From positions 42,470,001 to 42,534,000 of the forward strand of contig OX597817.1 of the NCBI GenBank assembly GCA_951406725.2: 64,000 nt of DNA, read 5' to 3'. A program made the translations under genes and the position numbers. Shown one piece after another: positions 51,660 to 64,000 of this stretch (position 1 is the stretch's first letter; every line of letters begins with the position of its first letter). Source of the DNA: Octopus vulgaris (Eukaryota). The notes under the pieces were generated by a model. The model was not told the DNA's origin and did not search any database. It saw nothing but the letters and a program-made list of their open reading frames with translations.

Positions 51660-52252
51660 TAACTGGTACTTATTTTTATTGACCTGAAAGGATGAAAAGC
51701 AAAGTCAACCTTGGCAAAATTTAAACTCAGAACATTAAACGGACGAAACACTGCTAAGCATTTCACCCAGCATGCTAACGTTTCTGCCAGCTCACCACCT
51801 GAGACACCATAAAATATTCTTTTCTACTTTAGGTACAAGGCACGAAATTTTTAGGGGAGTGGGGGTCAGTCGATTGGATCGACCCCAGTACACAACTGGT
51901 ACTTAATTTATCGACTCTGAAAGGATGAAAGGAAAAGTCAACCTCGGTGGAATTTGAACTCAGAACATAAAGACAGATGAAATACCACTAAGCATTTCAC
52001 CCTGTGTGCAGACATTTCTTATTTCCTTATTGTCCACAAGGGGCTAAACATAGAGGAGACGAACAAGGACAGACAAAGGGATTAAGTCAATTATATCGAC
52101 ACCAGTGAGTAACTGGTACTTAGTTTATCGACTCTGAATGGATGAAAGGCAAAGTCAACCTTGGTGGAATTTGAACTCAGAACGTAAAGACAGACGAAAT
52201 ACCACTAAGCATTTTGCCCTGCGTGTTGACATTTCTGCCAGCTCACTGCCTT
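51660..52252 (-). mobile_element. Stack of three family B SINEs
   Basis: Three AAAGTCAACCTYGGYRRAATTTRAACTCAGAAC cores; AGACACCATAAA repeated at 51802 and 52253. Confidence 0.85.
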
Positions 52253-52732
52253 AGACACCATAAATTATTAACAATGAAATGAACCAAGCATCAATCCTAG
52301 AGAAGGCAGGCTGATACACTAACAGTTTAGCTTCCAAATAGTCTCAGAAACATTTGCTGCTTTTTGAATTTCATGTTAATTTCTAATATTCTATCAACAA
52401 CAATAACTTTGAAGAAATACTCTTTTTATATATAACTTGCATTTCAGAAGATACTCAACATCAATTCCTAATTGAATAAAAGAAATGTTAGCTGTTAAGC
52501 ACTAATTAAATTTATACATTGTTCAGGTAGCAACATACAGTAGTAACTTTGACTTGTAATATTTATTAAATTATCGACAAGTGATAATAAGTGCTGTAGA
52601 GGAAAGCTTTTCAGTTCTTTGTCATAGTCATTTTTAATATATCTGTCTTGCTAGTGTGCTGCGGAAAGTGTATGAATGTCACAACATTTTATAGCCTCAC
52701 ACCAATTATTATTATGTTTATTTTGGGTATGC

Positions 52733-53476
<744 letters not shown>

Positions 53477-53838
53477 AAATCTTGTTATTTTTGAAATCAT
53501 CCTCTGAACAATGAGCTTGGGAATCTGATATTTTTGATTTTAAAACTAGAAACAATAGTTTATGAGTGAAAACAGAGTTAGTGCAATTTATAGAAACTTT
53601 CTGACAATTTTCCCAAAGCGAATGATTGTGTTGTGACAAGAGAAATAAATCTAACATGAATCTATGGAAGCACAGATGTTGCTGTGTGGTTAAGAAGCTT
53701 GTTATATAAGCATGTGGTTTCTGGTTCAGTTCCACTGGGCGGCACCTTGGGCAAATGTCTTCTACTGTAGCCCCAGACTGAACAATGCCTTGTGAGTGAA
53801 TTAGATGGACAGAAATTTTTAGGAAGCCTGTTGTATGT

Positions 53839-53872
<34 letters not shown>

Positions 53873-54137
53873 ATGTGTGTGTTTTTGTGTTTGTATGTGG
53901 GGGGATGAAACTATGATCTCATGATCATGAGTGCAAAACCCTAGCCACTAGGCCAGCATTTCTCAACTGGGGTTCCCTGGAACCCTAGGGTTCCACAAAG
54001 ATTCCCAGGGGTTCTACAAGAAAGAGTGAGATAAGCTAATGATAATTTCATGATCGCAATATATATATACACAAAAAAATTATATTCCATGTCTTTCATC
54101 ATACCATTCTTTTCATCGTAGTTCATGTGATAAATAT

Positions 54138-54196
<59 letters not shown>

Positions 54197-54512
54197 GTAA
54201 ATGTAATATCTGACAATTATTCAGTAGCCATGATAAAACTCCAAGTTTCAGATGTCAAGGTGGAAATCCATACTGCCATCTCTTCAGTTATCCGGCCATC
54301 GGAAAAAATGGTATGAAAAAAATCCTCTATTACATAACATAGAGGTCTCTTTCATTCTTTTGTTGCCTTACCATTGCTATCAACATATATATATATATAT
54401 ATATATACATAAAAATTTTGTTGTAGGCATGTATCTGTCTGGCATTCACCATGATAGATCACTAGCCACTAAGCCTTTTCTATTTTCTCTCCCTGTTTAT
54501 TTCTGTGTTCCT

Positions 54513-54547
54513 CTCTTTTGAAGAGAGTAGGCTCGAAACGTAAAAGA
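54513..54547 (+). ncRNA. Minimal type I hammerhead motif (Penelope-type)
   Basis: Core TGAAGA with T in place of C3, stem II GAG-TAGG-CTC, GAAA-CG-TA, then AAAGA complementary to the upstream TCTTT. Confidence 0.55.
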
Positions 54548-54782
54548 CTTTCTCACTTCCTGAGCGTTAAACTAATACATCTGTTGTTGTTTACGCACCC
54601 ATCTTTGTCTTTTGTTATTTTGTAAATTCTCACTGTGTGTGTGTGTATAAAAGAATAAGTTCAAGTAGAACAAATCAAACTTTTTGGTGAGTCCAAAAAG
54701 AAATATTTCTAATAAATATTCATCGTATCAAAATGATAACCTGCTAAAGCAAGCAATTAAAATATGAAAATAACAAGTAAAG

Positions 54783-54961
54783 AGTTTGTTGTTATAGGTA
54801 TGTATAAGATAAAATCTTATATAAAACACTACTAACACTTAGAAAAATGGAGAAGAAAAGATGTTAAAAGTTCAAATTAGAATTTAATTTCTAACTAATT
54901 TTCTAACTGTTAGTCGTGCTTTATATAAGATTTTATCTTATACATGCCTATAACAAACTTT
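54783..54961. repeat. Foldback inverted repeat, ~62-bp arms
   Basis: TTGTTATAGGTATGTATAAGATAAAATCTTATATAAA mirrored at about 54900-54960. Confidence 0.8.
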
Positions 54962-55202
54962 TTACTTAAATATATATATATATATAGGTTATAAGAGGTA
55001 ATGGTGTCATTGAGACCCAAAGGTGTCAAGTAATGCTGAATAAGTGCTAGAGCCAGACCATAGTTAAGTTCCAGGTTTGGTAATTTTGTGAATAAGGGGT
55101 TCAATGTTGGTCATATGTCAGTGTGTGTATATAAGAATTTTTTGTGTAATGAGATAAAAAAAACCAAGGGTGTATAGATATTAGAGCATTTATAGATAGA
55201 AG

Positions 55203-55254
55203 GTCTTACAGCTGTTTCCAGGATATTTATTAATTATATCCCTTCATCGGAGAC
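55203..55254 (-). ncRNA. Type I hammerhead motif (Penelope-type)
   Basis: GTCT-CCGATGA-AG-GGATAT..ATATCC-TG-GAAAC-AGCT-GTA-AGAC; palindromic stem III ACAGCTGT; U4 replaced by C. Confidence 0.6.
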
Positions 55255-56119
55255 GGTGTGAGAGGATGGTTAAGTAATAGTTAGTTCTGACTTTCTGCCG
55301 AAGTCAATTTTGCATTTCATCCTTTTTGGGTCAATAAATTAAGTACTAGTTGTGTACTGGGGTCGATCTAATTGACTGACCCCTTCCCAAAAATTTTCAG
55401 GCTTTGTGCTTAGAATAGAAAAGAATATTTCTTCTGGCTGTTTACATCCTAAGTTCAAATCCTAATGAGACCAATTTTACCTTTCGTGTTTTGGGAGTCA
55501 ATGAAATAAAGTACCAGTCAAGTACCGGGGACAATATAATCAACTACACCTTCGCCCTAAAATTGTTAGCATTGTGCAATGATTTTAAACCATTATAAAC
55601 AAATCTGATTAATAAAACAAGAATAATATTCTTTTTAGATTTTTAACATTAAAATATAACTTTTTTTAAACTTTCCATACAAAGTATGTCAATAACTTTT
55701 TGTTTAATTTTTTGAACACCAGAAAGGGAAAAAACAATTGAGACTCACTGCTCTGCTGTCTTAAAAAGAGGAAGCAAACAGTGAATAATGAAGGCCATGT
55801 GGCTGAGAAAAATGACAAGATTGTCACAGTTGGCAGGCCTTTGAACATGAGTCTGCTGAATCAAAATAAAGAAAGGACACTTTGAATAACGTAGACCTAC
55901 ATCTTGCTAAAAAAGAGAAGTTGGTCTTGGCCTGAATGTTTTAGATCATAGATCTTCAAAACAAGTCTATTTGATCAGGTTGTCTAAACAGCAATTCATA
56001 TATTTCCATGGAACTGAATCACACATAAAGGTATTAGCGAGATTATGAACATTGTTCTCTTCAATTACATTTCCAAATTATTTTTATATTTATTAGATTG
56101 TAGGATATAATGTAGATAT

Positions 56120-56331
56120 AGCCGTGGGAGTGGCTGTGTGGTAAGTAGTTTGCTTACCAACCACATGGTTCTGGATTCAGTCCCACTGCACGGCACCTTG
56201 GGCAAGTGTCTTCTACTATAGCCTCAGGCCGACCAAAGACTTGTGAGTGGATTTGGTAGATGGAAACTGAAAGTAGCCCGTCGTATGTATGTATGTATGT
56301 ATGTATGTATGTATGTATGTATGTATGTATG

Positions 56332-56410
<79 letters not shown>

Positions 56411-56609
56411 GTTTGTGTGTCTGTGTTTGTTCCCCCAACTGATGTTGGTGTGTTTACGTCCCTGTAACTTGGCAGTTCAGCAAGAGAGACCGATAGAATA
56501 AGTACTAGGCTTACAAAGAATAAGTCTTGGAGTCGATTTGCTCAACTAAAGGCAGTGTTCCAGCATAGTCACAGTCAAATGACTGAAACAAGTAAAAGAG
56601 TAAAGAGTA
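56120..56609 (+). mobile_element. SINE family A with expanded internal microsatellite
   Basis: Consensus match. Confidence 0.9.
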
Positions 56610-57668
56610 TATTATATTCTCAACATATTAAACATTGAAAACTCTTCAAATTGTTAACATTAAATTGTTCAAACTATAGACTTCATCATAATGTTTTGAT
56701 TAGCACATAACCTGTTCTCAGGTGCTATGTTTTCACTCTGTTTCCAATCTTTAGGTCAAAACACTCTATTTATGAACAATACTTTACTCTATTCAATACT
56801 TTTATGTGACAAAATTCTGCTGGATATCAAAACTAGATTGGAAATGCAGGCCTTTAAAAGGAACAAGAATATAACCAGATAACGTTATGGCCATGTTGAC
56901 ATTTTATCTAAGAGTAGCTCAAATTCCCACAGGGAGATAAATTATATTAATTTAGAGGACTAACTATGAGTTCACCATTGTTGCCAGTAATGGTTAACAA
57001 ATATTTTAGAAACTTCAAAGAGACAGCTGTGAGGAACGTATCCCTAAAATCCACAATTTGTTTCATATGTTGAATATTCCTTCAGTATTTGACAACACAA
57101 GTAGGGGGGACAGTTAATATGTATTCCAATACAGCTCAAGAGAAGGAAAATAATAAGCAACCACCATTGTATGGTATGCAGCTGCATTGTAAACAAATAC
57201 ATTATAAAACTTCTCTGTAGTGAAAGCTGACAGCTACTGGCCTCTTAATAATATAAAGGCCTCTTGTTTTCACATCATTAAAGGAATAACCAAGGGACAG
57301 CATGTGTACTGATAAAGCTGTTTATAAATGGCAATTTTACCAATTAATGATCATACTGCTGAAAAATAGTTGTCAGACTTTGAATCCACTTGCCTAAGTT
57401 TACTGCAAGGTTTCTGACTGAGGAAATTCTAAAGACTCATTGACAATATTCCAGCATAATTTTCAATAATATCACATAATTCTGTGGTGTTACATCAGAT
57501 TAAGCCTTGGTGAAGATTGCATATAGGTATAACTAACTTAAGATGTCCATTTCACACCTACCTGGTTCCAGGTTTGATATCAACATGCAATACCTTGGGC
57601 AAGTGTCTTTTACCATAGTCTTGGATTAACTTCATGATTGGAATTAGGTAGAGAGAAACTATACAGAA

Positions 57669-57900
57669 GGCGGCAAGCTGGCAGAAACATTAGCATGGTG
57701 GGCGAAATGCTTAGCATTATTTCGTATGCCATTATGTTCGGAGTTCAAATTCCACCAAGGTCAACTTTGCCTTTCATCCTTTCGGCGTCGATAAATTAAG
57801 TACCAGTTACACACTGGGGTCGATGTAATCAACTTAATCCTTTTGTCTATCCTTATTTGTCCCCTCTATGCTTAGCCCCTTGTGGGCAATAAAGAAATAA
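57669..57900 (+). mobile_element. SINE family B nested in a decayed family A SINE
   Basis: Consensus match; AACTATAC(A/C)GAAG flanks both sides. Confidence 0.85.
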
Positions 57901-58239
57901 GTAACTATACCGAAGCTTGTCATACATATGGGACAAGATGGGATGGGGTGGGGATCTGTGCATATGTCTCTGAGTGTGTGTGTATGTATGTATGTATGTA
58001 TGTATGTATGTATGTATGTATTATTAAGCCATTGCTCTTCAAATGCCATCCAACCTACAAACACTCTCTTATCCTTCTTGCTTTCAGAGATGCAAGGAAC
58101 CAGTGATTGGCCATTAAAACTTGCATACAGTTTACTATATAAAATAAATAAATTACAAAGTAATTAAGGACTTGTGTTAATTTTTAACATAAACATACAA
58201 GATAGATTATATCAACCTCAGGACTAGATTGGTAGTTAT

Positions 58240-58707
58240 TTAACCCTTTCGTTACCGTATTTATTTTGTGATGCTCTGTATTTCTTTCAATTATTTTAAA
58301 TATAACAAAGAATCTAGTAAAATAACTTAGTTATCATTAAGGAACCTAAATTATGACTAAGTTTGGTGAAAGATTTTAATTCAAAACTTATGAAAACAAG
58401 ACTTTTGTTCTACAGAGCCAGAGATGGTTTCAGCTGGGTTGGTATCAAAAGGGTTAAGAATCGTTTCTCTATTATATTTTTAACCCTTTCATTACTGTAT
58501 TTATTTTCAGATGATCTGTATTTCTTTCAATTAATTTTAAGTAAAACAAAGAATTTAGTAAAATAATAACTTAGTTATCATTAAGTTAGAAAAATAAATT
58601 GTGACTAAGGTTTGGTGGAAGATTTTAATTCAAAAACTTAAGAAAACAAGACATTTGTACTACAGAGCCAGAGCCGGTTTCAGCCAGGTTGGTAATGAAA
58701 GGGTTAA
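58240..58707 (+). mobile_element. Two adjacent piggyBac-type MITEs (58240-58457 and 58480-58707)
   Basis: Each reads TTAA-CCCTTTCRTTAC...AAAGGG-TTAA. Confidence 0.9.
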
Positions 58708-59124
58708 TTTACCAAATGAAAGCTGACTTTTGCAAGGTTTGAACTCAGATTTAAAGAAACCAAATACCACTAGATATTTTGTCCGTAAACCAGTTTTTCC
58801 AATCCACAATTCTTAATTTACTTAAGCCCTTTCCTTCACCCTGGAGCATTAACCATCAACGACTTTTCTCCATTGTTCTTGACTCTGTGTGGTCTTTTTT
58901 TGGATCACTCCAGTTGGCCTCTCTTCTGCCTCCCTGGTGAGTTCCAAGTCTGGGTCTGATATATGTTTCCCTGAGGGAAGTCTTTCATTTCCCAGATTGT
59001 GTTAGTTTTGAATTGTCATTGACGCTTCTGTAACTTCGTGTTTTTCTAGGTAGGGGTATTGGCCCTATGCAAACCCACGTTTTTTAAGACTGATCCTTCT
59101 GGTTGTGTAAAGTACCCATGGTGG

Positions 59125-59335
59125 TACCACATAAAAGTGTCCGTGCGGTGACACATAAAAGCATCCAGCACACTCTGTAAAGTGGTTAACATTAAGCAGG
59201 ACATCCAGCTGTAGAAACCATTCCAAATCAGACCAATGTCTGGTGCAGCCAGCACCCACCTCGCCCAACCCTTACCCAGCTTGCCAGCTATGGTCACACT
59301 GTCCAACCCATGCTAGCATGGACAACAGACGTTAA

Positions 59336-59370
<35 letters not shown>
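59125..59370 (+). mobile_element. Family R repeat, diverged
   Basis: Family R tail with (GAT)n. Confidence 0.75.
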
Positions 59371-59373
<3 letters not shown>

Positions 59374-59842
59374 AGAGATGTTCAATACTGTCTGGCCCCT
59401 ATCCTTTGACCTGTACAGCATGGGAGGCCCTAACAGCTTATGATCTGCTAGCATAACTCTAAGGGTCATTGAGGTACTCAAACTTCCACACTTCACCAAG
59501 AACTGAACCTGGTGGTGGACTGCACTTAATTTCAAATATAAAATCACGAATATTTCTGGTAGAATGTACACACCATAGAGACCAGAATTAAGGAACACAG
59601 GAAAGATTAAATCAATGAAACAACGAAGCTAAAAGTAATGATGTTCTGTATAAAATAAAACAAAGAAAAAAACTCTTATGCCACAATAGACTATTACCAT
59701 TTAAGCAAATAGACACAATGTTATCTAAGATAAATATAGTAATCAATACATACAACACTAATTGAAAATGCAATCAGCAAATCTACTAAAGTCTTTGGTT
59801 TGATATATAACACCCATATAATTAATCATATTATATATATAT

Positions 59843-59878
<36 letters not shown>

Positions 59879-60057
59879 TCAGTACTCATGTAATTAATCA
59901 TATTGTATATTCATTGTGATAAATATATATACATGTGTGTGTATGTGTGTATATATATATGTATATATATATGTATAAAATATATATACATAATATATAT
60001 ATATATAATATATATATATAATATATATATATATTATATATATATATATATATATAA

Positions 60058-60114
<57 letters not shown>

Positions 60115-60734
60115 ACTCTTATAATTGTTTTATACATAACATTCTGATATAAATATCACTCTTATAATTGACAGATTATTTTTCTTTAGAATAATGCTGC
60201 AATGAATAGAGATAGCAAAATCTATAAGTTGTAATGAAGGTTTATTTTCTACCCTATAGAAGGGAAATGCAAAATATCAAAAAATATGGCATGCAATGAC
60301 AATCAAAGAGTATAGTATTCCAGCTCAATTCAGTTTCAGTTCCTCCTCAGCTCTCAAGCACATTGGGTAGCAAATTGATGCCACTGGTTTTAATTGGTTG
60401 CAGTTTTCTCTGCATCATATGGTATTGGCTTTGAATGTTCTGTGCTATGCTATGTAGTTTTCAGTTTTTCTCTCTTTCCTTTTCCCTCTAGTAGTGTCCG
60501 CTTGAAAGTTGTTTTAAAGATCAGCAGACAGAGTCACTAACAACAAGATTGAGACTATATATGTATTAGCCAGTATTGGAGATCACCCGTAATTGATATC
60601 AGAGCATACTGAGGAGCAAACATAGGACAAGCCCTCAACCTAATACAAACTATAATAAGACTAAAACTTAAGAGACTGTCAAAACAAGAAAGAGTCATCA
60701 AACCCTATGTAATTGAGTAATCAAGAAATCCAAC

Positions 60735-61315
60735 CTCGTGGCCTATGCGAGGGGTGTAACCAGCCCACTTATGCATACCTTTCCTTCATTGGACACTAAA
60801 CTCTGCTTGCGAAGACCTGTTCAGGCAAGTGAAATCGAAATGAAATTCAATGACTGCCATCCGTGCTAGTGGAGCGCCAAGAGCACCATCTGAGTGTGAT
60901 CGTTGTCAGAGCAGCTAACTGGCTTCCATGCTGGTGGCACATAAAAAGCACCATTCAAGCCTGATCATTACCAGCATCGCCTCACTAGCACTTGTGCCGG
61001 TGGCACATGAAAAAACATTCTAGCGAGGTCATTTGTCAGTGCCACTGAACTAGCTCCAGTGCAGATGGCACTTAAAAAACACCATTTGAGCATGGCCATT
61101 GCCAGTACCCTCTGACTGGCCCTCATACCAGTGGCACATAAAAGTACCCACTACACTCTTAGAGTGGTTGGCATTAGGAAGGGTATCCAGTTGTAGAAAC
61201 TCTGCCAGATCAAGATTGGAGCCTGGTGCAGCCATCTGGTTCGCCAGTCCTCCATCAAATCGTCCAACCCATGCTAGCATGGAAAGTGGACGTTAAACGA
61301 TGATGATGATGATGA
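60735..61315 (+). mobile_element. Family R repeat, longest copy
   Basis: 5' region, four GGCACRTAAAAA-like subrepeats and (GAT)n tail. Confidence 0.85.
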
Positions 61316-61573
61316 TAATCAAAACAATATCAACAGCACTGAGAAAAAAAGGTTCCAACAACTCCAAGAATAGCGATTAGGAGAGTAAAATTAAACCCAT
61401 ACAAAGAATAAGGCAAATGCTGATCTCTGCCTTAGGCACAAGGTTTCAAATTCGGTAGGAGGGAAAAGTTGATAATATGAAACCCAGTACTAAATGGTAC
61501 TTGTTTTATTTACTTCAGAAGGTTTTGGGTTAATGTCAACCTTGGTAGGATTAACTAAACATAACTAAATATT

Positions 61574-62191
<618 letters not shown>

Positions 62192-62499
62192 ATAACTAAA
62201 TATTGCATAGCATTTTGTCTACTGCTCTTCTAATTCTGGCAATTTTCTGCTTTTGGATAGGGTTAATATTTTGTTTTTTTATTGTCATAGGATACAATAT
62301 GTTGAGGTAGTGTGTATAATTGTTTAAATCATTCTCAGTTCTTGACTGGGATTTTATTTATCAACTCTAGAAAGATGAAAGGCAAAACTGACTCCAATGA
62401 AATTTCAACTTAGAACGTAAAGGGCTATAACTAAATAGCTATAGCTAAAACCCACACAGCAGCTTATCGGATGCTATAATGATTCTACCAATCCATATT

Positions 62500-62713
62500 G
62501 GTTTCAAATTTTGGTACAAACCCAGTAAGTTTTGGGGACGGGGTAAGTCAAATACATTTCCCCCAGAGTTTAACTGGTACTTATTTTATCAACCCCAAAA
62601 TGATAAAAGACAAAGTTAACCTTGATGGCATTTGAACTCAGAACATAAAGATAGACAAAATGTCAGTAAGCATTTTACCTGGAGTGCTAACAATTCTTCT
62701 AGCTTGCCACCTT
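62500..62713 (-). mobile_element. SINE family B variant
   Basis: Central domain plus head; TTCYACCAATCCATAT flanks both sides. Confidence 0.75.
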
Positions 62714-63096
62714 ATTCCACCAATCCATATGGCAAAGGGTTTTTCCCAATCTATTTCCTAAACGTTATTTCAGCAAGGTCTCATTGCTAACTCTTTTCAT
62801 TACAACCTATTTTGGCCAAAATTGCTTTTCCAATAGTTCCTTTGCTATTTCTAAAGCAGTCTAAAACACTTGATTCTATAGCCATTTACTTCACCATTAA
62901 CTTTGACATTTCTTGTCCGGTATTCACCTCCTTCTAATAATATGTCCTGTAGTACTAAGAATAGTCTTTCATTTTCACTTATTTTCATTCCGCCATATTA
63001 AGTTTTATTTCACCAGCCATACATGCAGTTGTGTGTGCATTCGCTAATAAAATGCACATACACATATGTCAAATATTCTCTTGAAACCAGACTTAC

Positions 63097-63265
63097 CTCC
63101 AAAAATATAAATAAGCAATTACATGTCGAATAACAGCAGAGCAATCATCAGATAACAAAAGCTTTAAAGGTTTTCTAGTAATGCTATCTTCTCACTGACA
63201 ATAGTGAGAAGAACACAGATAATATCTAAATCCCAAAAAGATAAATGTTTCCTTAACATTTCCAC
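63097..63265 (-). other. Candidate exon (strong donor, uncertain acceptor)
   Basis: Donor GAG|gtaagt at 63096; possible acceptors at 63266 or about 63196; unique sequence. Confidence 0.25.
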
Positions 63266-64000
63266 CTGTCATTTCAATGAGAGTTTTGTATTGAGGACTG
63301 ATTGAAAAGATTTCCAGATCATTAACTTCATCTATATTGGAGTTTAACATATATATATACTTTTTTTTGCCTTCTTCTTTTCTGAGTTTTTTTTTATCCA
63401 TTTTCTGTTTGTTTTTTTTTGTGTATGTGTGTGCCAGTAACTTTGTGCTATGAACAATGGTATAATTTAGTAAAACATAAAAAAGCAAATTACAGTTGGC
63501 TACCTGTACATGAACAGTTCTCTCAAAGAACAAATTGGAAATGAACAGTTTTTCAGAAGAAAATTAACATTGCATAATGAGCTGAAATTTGATCATCAAA
63601 CAATGAGTAGACTTCACACACATATAAGTTACTGGAAGAGCAGATGTACAAGTGAGTCGTTAATGTCCATGTATGCATTTCTTGCAGCTCGTAAATGTTT
63701 GTATGAACAACTACACAGATGCTTTGGTTACAATGATCAAATGTTCAAGTTCACATAAGCTCACACCCTCCATCAAACTGACTGTACCTGTACAGGTGCA
63801 CAGGTGTGTTGTGTATCAGATGTTGAAATAATTGCAGAGGAATGTGAAATTATGTGTTGCAGATTGAACTTAAAACAGGTAGGATATTTGGGCCAGAGGA
63901 TATGGTCAGTTAGACAGTAATTTCTTATTTCCCGTTTGTAAAATCATAGTGATCCAAACAGTTTATTTTAATAAAACATTTCATAATTATGAATAGTTTG

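Overview
AT-rich eukaryotic DNA that is very rich in repeats and microsatellites. The SINE families, RTE-tailed repeats and (AT/CA/CAT/AAT/GATA)n load fit an octopus (coleoid cephalopod) intron or intergenic region; this taxon call is inferred. No intact protein-coding gene was found. Almost every ORF in the track is a microsatellite translation, a SINE read-through or a decayed transposon fragment. The window holds dozens of tRNA-headed SINEs from at least three families and an RTE-tailed (GAT)n repeat family. It also holds remnants of RTE, CR1, R4/Dong, HERO-like, Tx1-like and Penelope-like (Naiad-type GIY-YIG) retroelements, mariner/Tc1, hAT and piggyBac-type DNA elements or MITEs, several foldback inverted repeats and a 1.1-kb 17-bp minisatellite. 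A few minus-strand exon candidates suggest the window lies in a large intron-rich gene. The most notable signal is a recurring head-to-head palindromic element (15.6 kb, 43.7 kb, 61.6 kb). Its arm combines a tRNA-like Pol III head, (AAT)n and a minimal type I hammerhead ribozyme; individual arms are truncated. One copy has a 13-bp TSD and another is fused to a Penelope-like ORF remnant. Three further unrelated hammerhead motifs are also present.
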